Shown here: in pieces, positions 26,615 to 39,933 of the stretch
How the letters are laid out: every line of letters starts with the position of its first letter
How positions within the stretch are numbered: the stretch's first letter is position 1
NCBI RefSeq assembly: GCF_018977255.1
Contig: NW_024704743.1
Coordinates: forward strand, 92,072,001 to 92,136,000
Direction of reading: 5' to 3'
Length of the DNA stretch: 64,000 bases
Origin: Callorhinchus milii
Lineage: Eukaryota
The notes under the pieces: model-generated
The model's database searches: none
Told to the model about the DNA's origin: nothing
The model's input: only the letters and a program-made list of their open reading frames with translations
Position numbers and translations under genes: made by a program

Positions 26615-27229
26615 TGGCCTAAATATGAAGGTAAGAACATGGAATGTTCAAAATACAAGGATATCTACAGTCTATTTTCAACATTTCATATGAGATTTTA
26701 AAAGAAGATTTTCAAAAAATCTTTGTAAGAATGGTCACAATAATAAGAATAATCCATGTAGGGAGGATGCCCTGAAGCACTACACGGGATTTACTGTGGA
26801 GTGACTGTATTTGTAAGAGAACAAGGCAGCTGAATTGCACGCAGCAGTGGTACACAGCCCAATTCCACAAACAGCCATGAAACAAACGTCATGTAATTCT
26901 ATAGTTTTTATCAATTTGCATAAAATTGATACTTGAATGTTTCATATAGTTTAGAATATTTTCATTAATAATTTTCTAATTGAATGCTCGCTGAGGCCCG
27001 AATTCAAAATTTAAAATTGTTTTTCAAATGCCTTTAACAGATTATACCTAAAATGAAACATTCACTTTTCCCAACAACCATTATTCTTTTTAAAACTGAT
27101 ACAAAAAACCAGAAATCCCCAAATACATGAACAGATCTTTAGGTACTGTGAAAGCAACGTGTGATTCTAGATTTTTGTTTTTGTGAGTGCAATTAGAGCA
27201 CTCCAATTGTCATTACTGCCCCTGAAGTA

Positions 27230-27495
27230 CAAAAACATGCTGTAGAACCACTCACACAGGTTTTGTTTGGGCATGAGTTTAGTTTGTATGCTGGCAGACT
27301 ATTTAGTGTAGCAGCATCACAGCTGAATAAAATTCTGTCAATACCCAATATCCATACAATCCTCTTTCCATCAGATGGCCACTGGATGGTGATCTAGAGC
27401 AGGAGCGCTGGCTGTGTTTCTGCCATCCACTTCCTTACCTGTTAACAAAACCAATTATGTTGTACTTCTCCTGCCACCTTGTCTCAGTTGATTCT
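27230..27495 (-). mobile_element. Ancient SINE remnant resembling AmnSINE2/Nin-domain SINEs (second copy ~7265-7420)
   Basis: GGCAGACTATT..GCATCACAGCTGA..CACTGGATGGTGATC..GAGCAGGAGCGCTGGCTG resembles the reverse complement of the consensus as I recall it. Not aligned computationally. Confidence 0.5.
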
Positions 27496-27654
27496 CCTCC
27501 ATTTTGATTAAAATATGAGATTAACTAAACTGTTTTTGTTAGTACCAAAATGAGAACTTTTTTTCTTTTTATGCATCTCAATCCCACCTCGGATGACATT
27601 TGTTTAATATGCCCTTGTCACATTTTGAATTAATATTATTTTTAAAACTTTCAG

Positions 27655-27745
27655 ATATTTTGACTGTCTCCCCATCATTCTTCGTTTGAACTGAAGACAA
27701 AGGCTTTCTGTGCTTGGACATAAATAAAATATTTCCTGTTGACCT
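27655..27745 (+). other. COX6C: Probable non-coding terminal exon (3' UTR) of COX6C with poly(A) signal
   Basis: Acceptor-like AAAACTTTCAG|ATA at 27654/27655. AATAAA at 27723-27728 followed by GT-rich sequence. Needed as partner for the donor after 26630. Confidence 0.65.
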
Positions 27746-30700
27746 TAATACCTGTCTGGATGTGGCTGCTTTTGCTGAGTACAAGAAAATGTGGTTTTAA
27801 ATTTTACAAAGGGCACATTATCTTGGTGGATTGAAACACAGCAGTTGCCAATGTGGTGTTCTACAGATTGGTAGATTATTTTTTTATATGTAGTTGTGGA
27901 ATATTCTTGAGTTTTCCACATTTAACAAAAACAAAGTGAGCTGGAATTTGTACTTGTTATTTGAGCTTCCAGTTGATATCTAGTCAGAAAGCCTCTTATG
28001 TTGAAGGCTTATTGTAAATTTTAAAAAGTTTCCTCAATTAGGAGCAATATCACATTATGGATATGTAGTAATTCCCTAGATCCACAAATTCATTAACTTT
28101 TCAGACATTAAAAAAGATTACTGAATATTTGAAAATGTAAACTATTATAGAAAAATGCCATAGGTTTTCTTGACTTTATTTGTTCAACACAGAATTAACA
28201 AATGCCCAGAAACAAAATGATGTATATTTCATCGTGAGGAAATTAAGTTGTTACATAAATATGTAGATTTTAACAGGAAGCATCACAGCTGCAATTTTAT
28301 TTTAAGCATTCTACTAAACTAATGCTGTGAAAAATCTACAATTGGATTTCCAACCAGGATTACTGCAGTAACCAGGGCAATGGAGAACATAAGTTACTTT
28401 GAATCTAATCTTGGCTCAGCTGTTTCAAACCATTAAGTTGCACATTTCATTATTTTAGGCCTGGCAAAACCTCATGTATCAGATTTTGCTTCTGATAAAC
28501 AAAAATGATTATTCCAAGTTTGTTATAGCAAGCTATATTATATATTTCCTTGATTGGTACACAGATGAGCAGCTGCTGTTCAAGCTCTGTACTTACAACT
28601 GTAACCTCACTGAAATAGGTAAGGATATGGCACAATTTGTGCTATTCACAGGGAGTAAGGACTCAAACCTGGTTTATCGGGTGACCAACTAGTGACTATC
28701 CTCCAAAGGGGAGTAGAGATAAGCGGGATTATTTAGGCTGAACTGGCTCCAAAGTGACATGCTTAGAAACCAGAGTATTAGAATCTAGTCAATTTGCTGG
28801 CAGCCAAGTCCACCAGGCATTGCTGATAAGACGAGCAGGCCTGGCTTGTTGATGAAATTTAAGTTAAGAAACTCAGTCAAGCTCCCTCTACACTGCATCC
28901 ATACTCCCAGTCAGGTTTAGAGACACAGATTCTTTCTACTCAACTCTTGTTAGCCATGCAAGTCAAAACCCTAATGGAAAGGGTGGTCCTAGTTAGACAA
29001 GCAGTGGGAAGCTTTCTAGACCATGATAAATGGCGAGATTTGTGGTTTCAGCTGGTTAACTTCCAGCAGTACCCCAACGCACACTCTTGGGCTTACAAGT
29101 CTCTTGCCAACCTATCCAGAATTGGGTAAGATGGGTGCATCTCAAAAGGTGTGCAGACATAAACAAAAGTCCATGTGTTGAAGGAAGGCGTATGCAAATC
29201 TGGTTTGGTTACTCTTAGAAGCATTGTGGTGGTGGTTTGATGACAGATACAATTGTTGATAGTATTGTGTGCAAAAATAATTGCTCGTTAGTCTGAGATG
29301 CCAAAACCATGCAATGGTATTGTGACTTTCAATTTATATTGGGCAGTAAAACTGTTAACTTGTGATATAAAGAACAGAATGATTGCACTTAACTTTTTCA
29401 TGTGTGGTAAATGATTACCAAACAAGGCAATGAATTGCATGACCGAGGACATTATGGTAGCAAACAACAAAATATATAAATGAGGAAGAGGTGATTGAGT
29501 GCCAGATGGTCAAGCTGTCCACCTGCCCCAAGGAAGATGTTGAGAAGAAACAGGTCATATGTTTTATATTTATGAAGTTCAGGAAAGAAGCCGATACTTA
29601 ATGTGCTGCAAGCTTGAAAAACATTTAAAGAAATAAAAATGTTAAATTGATTTGGTTTATCTTGGATTCCCTGTTTCTGAGTCTCACCAAACTCCCAATT
29701 TTGATTGGATTTAGTCGAATGGTGACAGGTTTTATCTCAACTGCTATTTGAGACATTTCAAGCAATATATTTGTCCTGGACAAAATAACACAAAGCATTC
29801 AGACACCCGGTTGACAAAAAAAAATGTATTGAAAGTAATAAATTTGTTAAATTGGAACAATGATGGAGCACAGGCATTTGTCATTTCAGAAATAAAAGTT
29901 AAAAGCATCCAAGTCAAAAACTAGAAACAAAGAGTAGACAATAACTGGTTATTCTTGTTCAGCTATGAATCAATTTTGAACAACCTTATTGCCCTGTTGA
30001 GCTACATCAAAAATCCTACATATTCAACACTGATTAGGCAAAAGTATGTGGCTGCCTTGATAGTGCACTCCATATCAAACAGCATACAGAAGTAGAATTG
30101 TCAAACAAGCATGATGACGTATCAGCTAACTGGCTCACCATAAAAAAGTGCCAAATCCATTCGCCGTTATGATCAACAAAGATTTAAATATATTGTGGTC
30201 TATTGTGTGACACTGATGGGATTCCTTACATTTCCGTATGATGTACCTGGAGTCATCAATTCTTAGGAATTGTACAACCTTCCAAATAATTTATTCATGA
30301 AAATTTCTATACCTTTCCTAGCTCCAGCATGATACATTTTCTGGCAGTTAGAAACACAAATTACTATTTTAACACTTAAGCATCTATATTATAATAATCC
30401 TTGCATTCGATGTAGCGCCTTATGACGTCTTCCAAGACGTCTCTAAGCAGTTGTGGGTAAAACTAATTAGGAAATTAAAGCAAGTATTGCAGAAACACTG
30501 CATGTGATTCTTTGTAACATTGGAAAAGCACATTGCTACCTTTTCCCTTCCAAGTTTATTTTCTGAGATTGGCGACTCCTGCTGGGAGTTCGTACAAGTG
30601 TCACCAGCAGACCCGCTCACGCATTGCTATGCTTCATGAATGATTCCAGACTATTAGCTGGGTGTGGGAAAGGAAGGCCCCATCGCAGGTAAGCTCACTA

Positions 30701-32722
30701 TTCTTCCAATCCTGCAGCTAAATTCATCAGTTATTTCATATGATTCATATGATTTGTGGTTTGTTTGCCTACAAATACTTCACTATTCTCACCTACTATT
30801 TGAGACATTTCAAGCAATATATTAGAGGCTGGATATACTGGAGAAGTTTTGCTGGGGTAATGACTGAGAAATGTGTTGATGCAGGTAGCTGAAGTTTCAA
30901 GGCAACCATATAAGATTATGAAGGGCTTGGAAAACTTGGATCCAGATGTGCTTTTTAGCTGCATAAAGAGATCTCCAAAATAAGAAACGCAGATTTATTT
31001 TTAAGTGAAGCAAAATTAGTGACAGGCGCATTAAACCTGGAATTATAAAGGGTTTCAAAACATAGGGTCAAAATAAAAAAAACTACTACATAAACAAATA
31101 GTTCCAATGGAAATTAAAAGAGGAAGTGCTAAGAGAGGAGGAAGAAACCAAGCAATGATACTAAAATTATAAACAGTTTCACATTTCTAGCATTTGGTCT
31201 TTTGAAATATGAGTTTTATATCTGATTTATTTTTGGAGCAGTTGAGAACATTGGCTCAGTGGGGTAACATTGTAGAAATAGATGGAAAAAATTATCCCAG
31301 GCCCCACAGTGCAGTTATTTCCATTGAAAAATATCTTTAAAACAGCTACTCCGGCAATTAGTTGTAAGGGGTTCATTTTACACTACATGAAAGGCTGCAC
31401 TGTATTTGCAACCCTGTATTAACTATTGAAAGACTATTGTTGATTTACTCAGCTACATTCATGTTTATACAAGTATTTATATAGGGATGATGTTGAATTG
31501 CCAACAGTATACATGGAAAGGCCTTAACAAAAAAATTATATTTGTATAGCGCCTTTCACGTCGGGAGGACGTCCCAAGGCGCTTTAACTAGTGAAAATAA
31601 ATATTGGACAACATGTACTGTGTATTTCAGTCATTTCCTAAATAAAAGGGATGTTTTAAACTAGCATTTATCGTTTTTTATAACCTGTAGAAAGCACTTT
31701 GATTTAATATTTCATTTACTATATATTATATTATCAAAGCAGTTGCTTATGATTTGTAGAAAATGTGTAACCTACATAAATAACAATAATTTGTGTTCAC
31801 ATCAAGTCGTATTCCACTTCAAGGCGTGTATGGCTTATTTCAGGTTTTTGACAAAAAAAGGTCAATTTTAGGTGTAAAATGAACCAACATAAAAAGTACA
31901 AGAACTCCAAAATAATCATTTGTCTTTGTTCCCAGTGTAAGTACCACTGAGATATTGGAATAGTTTTGTTAGTAAAATGCAATCTCTTATAAAGATTTTG
32001 TTTTCACAGCTTTCATATAGTCTGTCAAGTAATAGAAGTGGCTAATACTCATTTCTGATGTTTACAACTGTAAACAAACAGCAATGATAAAACATTCTCA
32101 TTAACAATGACCTACAGATTATGTTGAGTGATCACTTTCTACTCCATCTTACTCATTAGCTTCACTTTATGAAACTCTCAAATGCCCTACAGTGGGCTAT
32201 GTGTTCAATGCAATACTCTTTCTGCTGATCTCAATATTGAATCGTGAGTGTAAAGTGGGTCTCAGTGTTTGGGATCCATAACAACTCTAACTGCACGCCA
32301 GCTGATCCACAGGACATATGTGGGCTGGCTGGGTATATGCATAGTGAATAGGGTCCACAGTAGAGCCAGCATGATAATGATATTCACACTGTAATAAGTG
32401 TTATTCATGGAGCTGCACTGTATATAGATGCATGTTGCAGAGTATGGAAGAAAATGGTTGTAATGCTCATTGTATACTTGTATAACATAGTCTATATCAT
32501 TGTTTTAAAAAATTATGTGCACCTAAAGAACAAAATGTAAATTTACATAATCATTCAAAACATCTCCAATCCAGACAGCTTCTATAAAGAGTGCATGTCA
32601 CCTGGTTAAGTCAAGTATCCATTTCTGTTATTTTTCTAAAGGTCTTGCTCATGTTAAAATGCAACAATGGTCATAATCATCCAAAAACAAACACTAAAAA
32701 GAACTCAGCATTTAAACTCTAG

Positions 32723-33013
32723 TTAATCAGTTTTCTTTTCCACCATGCTCTTTTCTTCAAGTTCCTCATCTGTATGGTCTGAATTTTCTCTAATCTTATC
32801 ATCATTTTTGTGATATTCGTAGTTGCCATCTTCCTTCTCCTCATCACTGGCTTCAGTATCTCCCTGAGTAATGGCATTTGGTTCAGGTAGCTCGCCTTCT
32901 TCTGGTTCATATTCCCCATCTGCTGTCCATATTCCATAACACATGATGCTGATAACACCCAGTGGCAGGCCAAAGAGAAAACAGCCCAGGAGTGGAGAGG
33001 TCTTAAAAACAGA
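32723..33013 (-). CDS. TMX3: TMX3 last coding exon: SVFKTSPLLGCFLFGLPLGVISIMCYGIWTAD...acidic tail...VEKKTD*
   Basis: AACGTAG acceptor. TM helix GCFLFGLPLGVISIMCYG, acidic cytosolic tail and C-terminal KKxx motif. All 14 exon phases join into one 430-codon frame. Confidence 0.97.
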   Translation of the reverse strand, partial: SVFKTSPLLGCFLFGLPLGVISIMCYGIWTADGEYEPEEGELPEPNAITQGDTEASDEEKEDGNYEYHKNDDKIRENSDHTDEELEEKSMVEKKTD

Positions 33014-33673
33014 CTACGTTAAGCAGAAGAAAACAGAAAGTAGGTACTTAGTAAGCAAGGTTCATTTTCATTTAATATTTGTACAGATAGTCTTCAAAAG
33101 CATAATGTTTTAAGAAAGAAGTAGTTTGTATTTGTATAGCACTTTGCAGTAATTTCCTTGTGGAGTCACAATTTTTATTGGCCAACGCCATTGGCACACA
33201 GTAAATTCCCACTGAGTACAGTCACTCATCAGTAGCCCTTCCTGTTCTGTGTATTTTTACATATTACCTCTCAACTGGGCCACCGAGAACCTTATTCATG
33301 CTTTCATCACATCCAACCAAGTTTATACCAACTCTCTGCTCACCAAATTTCCCAACTCTTCCCTCCACAAGCAGCAGACCACCAGAACCCTGCAGCTCAT
33401 GTCCTCTCCTCTGCCTATCACCCCCACCCATTTCCACTGGCTTCCCGACGTCCAGACCGAGTTCAAGATCCTTATCCTCGCTTTTGAATCCCTCCATGGC
33501 CTTGCCCCTACCCTATCTCTGCTACCATCTTAAACCCTACCACTCGGCCCACTCCCTTTATTCAGGAAGCACTGGTCTGCTTCACATCCCCCCACCCAGT
33601 CTGCCCCACCTTCAGTGGTCAAGCTTTCAGCCCATCTGTCCCCACTCTCTGGAACTTCAGCTCAGAGTTCTCT

Positions 33674-36560
33674 TCATAGAATCATAGAGCACAAAAAGAG
33701 GCCATTCGGCCCATCGAGTTTGTGCCAACTCTTTGAATAGAGCAATTAATGTCAATCCCACTCCCCAGCCCTTTCCCCATAACCCTGCAAACCCGTCGTC
33801 CTCAAATACCCGTCCACCGCGTTTTTAAAAGTAGTTATCGAATCGGCCTCGACCACCCTTTTCAGGCAATGCGTTCCAGATTCGAACAACTCGCTGCGTG
33901 AAAAAATTTCTTCTCACCTCTCCTGCTTCTTTTAGATACTATTTTGAATCTGTGACCTCAAGTCACCGACACACCCACCAGTGGAAACAGTTTTTCCCTT
34001 TCTAACCTATCAAATCCCCTCATGATTTTGAAGACCTCTATTAGATCTCCTCGGAATCATCTCTGCTCCAATGAGAATAATCCCAGCCTCTCTCGCCTTT
34101 CCTCATAATCAAGGTCCCTCATTCCTGGTACCATTCTTGTAAATCTCCTCTGCAGCCCTTCCAATGCCTTAACATCCTTCCTATAGTGTGGTGCCCAGAA
34201 CTGGGCACAGTATTCTAACTGAGGCCTAACCAGTGTTTTATATAGGTTAATCATAACCTCTTGTACTCTATGCCTCTATTTATAAAGCCTAGAATCCCAT
34301 TTACCCTTTTTACAGCCTTATCTACCTATCCTGTCTACCTATGTCTTCCTGCAGTTGGCTATTATCGTTCTCACTGTTTACCACCCTACCTAACTTTGTG
34401 TCATCCACAAACTTGGAAATGGTGCTTGCTATACCCAAGTCCAGATCATTTATGTATATTAAGAAGAGTGGTGGTCCTAATACCGATCCCTGGGGGACGC
34501 CACTGTACACTTCCCTCCATTCAGAAAAGCAGCCGTTCACCATCTGTCTCCCAGCCAGTTCTGGATCCATGCTGCCGCTGTCCCTTTTATACCATGGGCT
34601 TCTATCTTTCTTACAAGTCTTTCATGTGGCACTTTGTCAAATGCCTTTTAAAAGTCCATATAAACGACATCAATTGCACTACCTTTATCCACCCTCTCCG
34701 TTACCTCATCGAAAAATTCTATTAGATTTGTTAGACAAGATTTGCCTTTAACAAATCCATGTTGGCTGTCCCTAATTAACCCATATTCTTCTAACTGAAG
34801 ATTTATTCTGTCCCGGATTATAGTCTCCAGGAGTTTCCCCACTACTGATGTTAGGCTGACTGGCCTGTAGTTCCCAGGTTTGTCCTTCTGTCCCTTTTTG
34901 TACAGGAGAGTCACATTGGCCACTCTCCAGTCCTATGGCACCACCCCTGTGTCCAACGATGATTGAAAAATTGTAGCCAAAGCCTCCGCTATTTGTACCC
35001 GTGCCTCCCATAGTAACCTTGGTTGCATCCCGTCTGGACCGGGCGACTTATCTACCTTCAGCGCAGTCAACCTTTTTAGTACTTCCTCTTTGTTTATACT
35101 TATCCTATCCATTTCCTCTACCCACTCCTCTGATACTGCAGCATTTGGTGCATCCACTTCTTTTGTGAAGACAGATGCAAAGTACTCATTCTGCACATCA
35201 GCCATGCCCTCTGCCTCCACAATAAGATTTCCCTCTTGGCCCTTAATTGGCCACAAGCCTTTTTTCCTTGATATGTTTGTAAAATATTTTAGAATTCCCT
35301 TTAATGTTACCCGCTAACCTTTATTCGTATAATCTTTTTGCCCCTCCTATTTCCTTTTTCAAATCTCTTCTGCACTTCCTGTATTTGATTTGGTTGTCTT
35401 CTGTATCTTGGGTTTGACATTTGTCATACGCCTCCTTTTTCTGCTTCATTTTAGATACAATTACCTTCGTCATCCACAAAGGTTTGGAAGCCCTACTTTT
35501 CCCTTTTGTGGGAATGTATTTATTTTGTCCCTGAGCTATCTCAACCTTGAAGACTTCCCACTACTCTTTAGTTGTTTTACCCACCAATCTTTCTTTCCAG
35601 TCCACCTTGGCTAGGTCCCTTTTTAACTCAGTGAAATTTGCCCTCTTCCAGTTGAATATCTTTACCTTAGATGGTTCCTTGTCTCTTTCCATATGCACTT
35701 TGAATCTAATGATGTTATGATCACTATTACCCAGGTGCTCTCCCAATGAAACCTGCTCCACTTGTCCTACTTCATTCCCCAGAACTAGATCCAGCACTGC
35801 TTCCTTCCTTGTTGGGCTGGAAACGTACTGATCAAGAAAGTTGTCCTGTATGCATTTTAGGAATATTTCCCCCTCCTTGCCCTTTGCGCTGTTGTTTTAC
35901 CAGTCTATGTTGGGATAAATAAAGTCCCCCATTATCACGACTCTATTAGCCTTGCATCTGTCTGAGATCTGCTTGCAGATCTGCTCATCTATTTCCTTCC
36001 CACTATTTGGTGGTCTATAGTATACCCCTACCAGCGTAACAGCTCCTTTTTTGTTCCTTAACTCTAACCAGACAGATTCCGTTTTGGGGCCCTCCAGCAC
36101 CTCGACCCTTTCCACAGCTATAACCGTATCTTTGACTAACATTGCCACACCCCCTCCTTTTTTTCCTTCCCTATCTCTCCTGAATACATTGTAGCCAGGA
36201 ATATTCAGCTCCCATTCCTGTCCTTGCTTGAGCCAAGTCTGTTACTGCTACTCATCATATCCCCTATGACCACTTGAGCCTGCAGCTCACCAATCTTGTT
36301 TGCTGAACTCTGTGCATTTAGGCACATGCACTCCAACACCGACTTGACCTGTTCTGCACTTCCCCCCCTGTTTTATTTCTCCATTTTCTAGCTCTTTGTT
36401 TTTGGCTTTCCCTTCCCCCCTCAAAACTAGTTTAAAACCTCCCCAACAGCATTAGATAGCCTGTCTGCAAGCACATTCACCCCAGCCCTGTTTAGGTGCA
36501 ACCCATCCATATGATACTGGTCCCAATTCTTGACTCCTAAAAGATCCGTCTCAAGACCTT
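33674..36560 (-). mobile_element. CR1-clade LINE, ~2.9 kb, decayed: end of ORF1 esterase, APE endonuclease, RT, 3' tail
   Basis: ORF fragments DGLHLNRAG (SGNH esterase), VGVYYRPP, VIMGDF.YP.IDW, LDLVL, LGNSDHN (APE), KSPGPDG, NYRPVSLTS, SGVPQGSVLGP, LYKTLVRPQLEYC. (ATTCTATG)-type tail at ~33675. Frameshifts and deletions present. Confidence 0.93.
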
Positions 36561-37353
36561 CCTCTTTGATCGCACGTTTGGTCATTTTTAAGTCTCCCCC
36601 CCCACCCCAACAAGTCCAACCTGTAGCCTTGGGTGGAAATCCTGAGACATCTTCCTGATGTGAAAGGCACAATGTAAATGCAATTTGTTGTTTACATGAC
36701 TGATGTAACCTGCAATTGGCTTGGACCTACAAAAACTTTTAGTATGGCTCCCACTTCTGACATAGTTGGAGATAATGGAGCTTAAATTACAAACAAACAG
36801 TGAAAAGGGAGCCAATTATATAAACCCATTGTAGATGAGCAAGCAATGCAGATAATTGGTCACTGCAAAATACAAATTGGCTAGGTGCTAACCAAAAATA
36901 TATCCCATCAAGAGTTATAATTTAAAATAGCACCACAATGACAGCCTCTTTTTCTTCTACTGTGTTCTCTCTCTGAAATTATGTCTCTTTCTGAGTACTT
37001 CTGGTATTATGGTCACAATTACATCACAATTTCACAACTTATTTGAGAATTTTATTCTGGTTTGACTAACTGTATAGTAGAACCCAGTACTGGTGTACAG
37101 CACTGTGCTTATGAAATCAGCTAACTGCTCAAAGTAAAATCTGCAGACGAATAGATCTGCTTGCAGTCTAAAGGTTCAAATTAAACACACAGATTCACAC
37201 TTGTTTCTTGAACCAGAATATCAGCCTCTAATAGTTATATATAGGCAATGCATTACAATTCAAGAAACCAAATATCTATCACAACACATTTCTCTAAACC
37301 TATAGAAGTGGCTGCAAATACAATGTAGCCATACAGGATTTACTGATACTTAC

Positions 37354-37422
37354 CAATATAGTTGATTTTCCATCGTATAACATTCGTTTAACTCGATGAA
37401 AAAAACTATCTCCGCCTTGTGC
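37354..37422 (-). CDS. TMX3: TMX3 exon: AQGGDSFFHRVKRMLYDGKSTIL
   Basis: TTTACAG acceptor, GTAAGT donor, 69 bp. Confidence 0.94.
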
Positions 37423-38524
37423 CTGTAAAATAGGTTCACCAAACAACTGGATTTATTTTCAAGAGCATAAAATTCAATTAGCTTTAAACAGGTGTATTTC
37501 ATTTGAAAACATTTAAAATTAATATTAATTTAAGATTGCAATGAAAAGAACTAAAGAGGTTAGAAAACATTCTTTACATAGAAAATAGTCTTTGCCACAA
37601 ATTGTATTTACAGCAGAAATACCAATTGTTTAAAAAGGGAAACAGATATGACTCAAGAGAAGCAATATTAAATAAAGGAGTGATCAGGAAATTGAGATTA
37701 GATCAGTTGCCTCATGCAAAGAAAAACAACAAATACTTGATGGCCGAATGGTCTGTTTCTCTGCTCTGATACCATAATAATGAAAGAATGTCAGAATTGA
37801 GTCAACAAAATTGCCGGCAAATACACGATCACTACATATTAAAGTAAAGCCTGGGAAGTGCTTTTAGATGACCTCCCGATAGGAAAGGCACTATATTAAA
37901 TGCGAACATCATTATGAATATCTGTGGCCATCTCAGTTCCTGAGCCAGGTGGATCCAGCAGTCCACGGCACTGAGGATTACAGACCAGCTAGCCTGGCTC
38001 ATCAGCAGGATTCAGAAGGCAGACTGGGATCAGGGATTCTTCCTTCCACTCTGCTCCTGTTAATCCCGCAAGCCCAAGATCTAATGGGTAGCGTGGTCCT
38101 ATTTGGAAAACTATTGTCAAACTGTGCTTTCAATGGTAAGTGATTAAACTTCAGTCGTACCCCAACACATAATCCTGGAGTTCCCAATATTTGGGTCTTG
38201 CTAACAACAACAACAAAATTATATTTGTATAGTGCCTTTCATGTCAGGAGGACGTCCCACGGCGATGGACAATCTGTATTTCGGTCCATGGATAATACTC
38301 TCCAGAATAAGGTAAGCAGGGTCCCTCCAGGGAGAGAGTGCACATTCTATTCCAGAAACATGGAAATTTTGTTCCAGTCACATGGAACTCTGGTTTGGGT
38401 AATCTTAGCATGATATATTTCTGCATGTTATCCAGCTGACCAAAAAGAAAAATTCTCCTCAGACGCACTTCCAAGAGAACCATCATGTATGTATTCAAAC
38501 CTGTTTAATGCCACTGAAACTTAC

Positions 38525-38654
38525 CTCTGCTGAGCCTTCCAAGATGTCATTAATAAATTGAACCAAGTCCTGAATGCTTCCGATTGTCTTTTCTGGTACA
38601 AAATACTGTTGGTTTGAAGTATTCAGCACAACAATGGAAGGAACCTTGACTTCA
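38525..38654 (-). CDS. TMX3: TMX3 exon: EVKVPSIVVLNTSNQQYFVPEKTIGSIQDLVQFINDILEGSAE
   Basis: TTTTCAG acceptor, GTAAGT donor, 130 bp. VVLNTSNQQYF motif. Confidence 0.96.
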
Positions 38655-38940
38655 CTGAAAACAGATAAACAAGTGAACTTTTCAACAAATAGAATTTCTC
38701 ATATAACATGATCCGTTAATGATCTTATATTAATATATATATATCTAATGTCCAAAATAAACAAAGTGCTACCCATTCACAACTTATAATCATGAGTTTT
38801 ACTGTAAGAATGTTATGATCTAGAATCCTTACTCTGGTAAATTAACACAGTAAAGAAAGACAGCTTTATTGGATCATTCCTTTTCAAGAATTGGTGAAAT
38901 TAAGTGGTCAAATAAGTTAATACACACTGCCGCAATTTAG

Positions 38941-39265
38941 AACAACAACAACAAGATTCCATTTATAAAGCGCCTTTCACGTCAGGAGGACGTCCCAAGG
39001 CGCTGCACAGTTGGGTCACGACCCGAGCAGGGGGGAAATGGTCAGGGTGAGGGAAGGGAGGGAGCAAGGAGGGGGGAAATGGTCAGGGGGAGGGAAGGGA
39101 GGGAGCGAGGAGGGGGAAGAGAGTCGAGAGGGGAGCTGAAGGCACGGTCAAAGAGAAAGGTTTTGAGACCGGCCTTGAAGGAGGAAAGGGAGGAAGCAAG
39201 GTGAAGGCACTGGGGGATGGAGTTCCAGAGCCTCGGGGCTGAGAGGCTGAAGGCCCGACCCCCAC
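38941..39265 (-). mobile_element. L2 LINE 3' tail fragment
   Basis: GGRAFSLSAPRLWNSIP..SFKAGLKTFLFDRAF; near-identical to the tail at 53879. Confidence 0.9.
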
Positions 39266-39352
39266 AATCCCACAATCCCTAACCTAACCGATGCAATTTA
39301 CATTAGTTATGTTCACTTCAAATTGATTAATTTCTATTGAGGAAACACTCAC

Positions 39353-39409
39353 TCCATTATGACACTGTTGATGTAGTCAGCTCCATCTATGTGCCCAAAC
39401 TGGAAATCC
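39353..39409 (-). CDS. TMX3: TMX3 exon: DFQFGHIDGADYINSVIM(D)
   Basis: TGCAG acceptor, GTGAGT donor, 57 bp. DFQFGH.DG.DYIN motif. Confidence 0.95.
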
Positions 39410-39879
39410 CTGCAAAAGTATTTTCATCATTAGCTGTTTGAACCCTATGAACAAATAAATAAATCTAGAGGAATCTGAACCTCCTTGTGGACATGGATCT
39501 AAAGCATGACCTTGTTCCATTCATAAAATACTATTCTGCTTATAATGTTTATTTCTTAAACCAATAGAATGTAATACATTGATTTTCTTTCTTTAAAACA
39601 GCAGAGGAAAACCATCCTCTAGCAAGATTACTGATGTCTATGATGTAGCAATTGTGGAAATATGGAAAAAGGTTTTCAATGCTAGCTTAGATGCATTCAA
39701 TTCAGTAACAAAATTCCTGACAAAGTTACAAAACTAATGTTGGTGGGGGGGGGAAGCAAGAGAGAAATAACAGTGTACAATAAACTGATAAATTGTCTGT
39801 GATGTATTGCCGGAGACTAAAGTATTAGAAAGTAAATGTTTCTCTTTGAGGCAGAAGTAATTTGTATTTATCAACTAAC

Positions 39880-39933
39880 CTGTGAAACTGATTCCTGTAG
39901 CCAAAAGCAACTTCCTGAGTGATGGACTTCAAG
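39880..39933 (-). CDS. TMX3: TMX3 exon: LKSITQEVAFGYRNQFH(R)
   Basis: CCCCAG acceptor, GTTAGT donor, 54 bp. Confidence 0.93.

Noticed and set aside
33014..33045. U12-type branch-like CTTAAC before the last TMX3 exon
   Set aside because: It is too close to the AG, and the matching donor is ordinary U2 GTAAGT.
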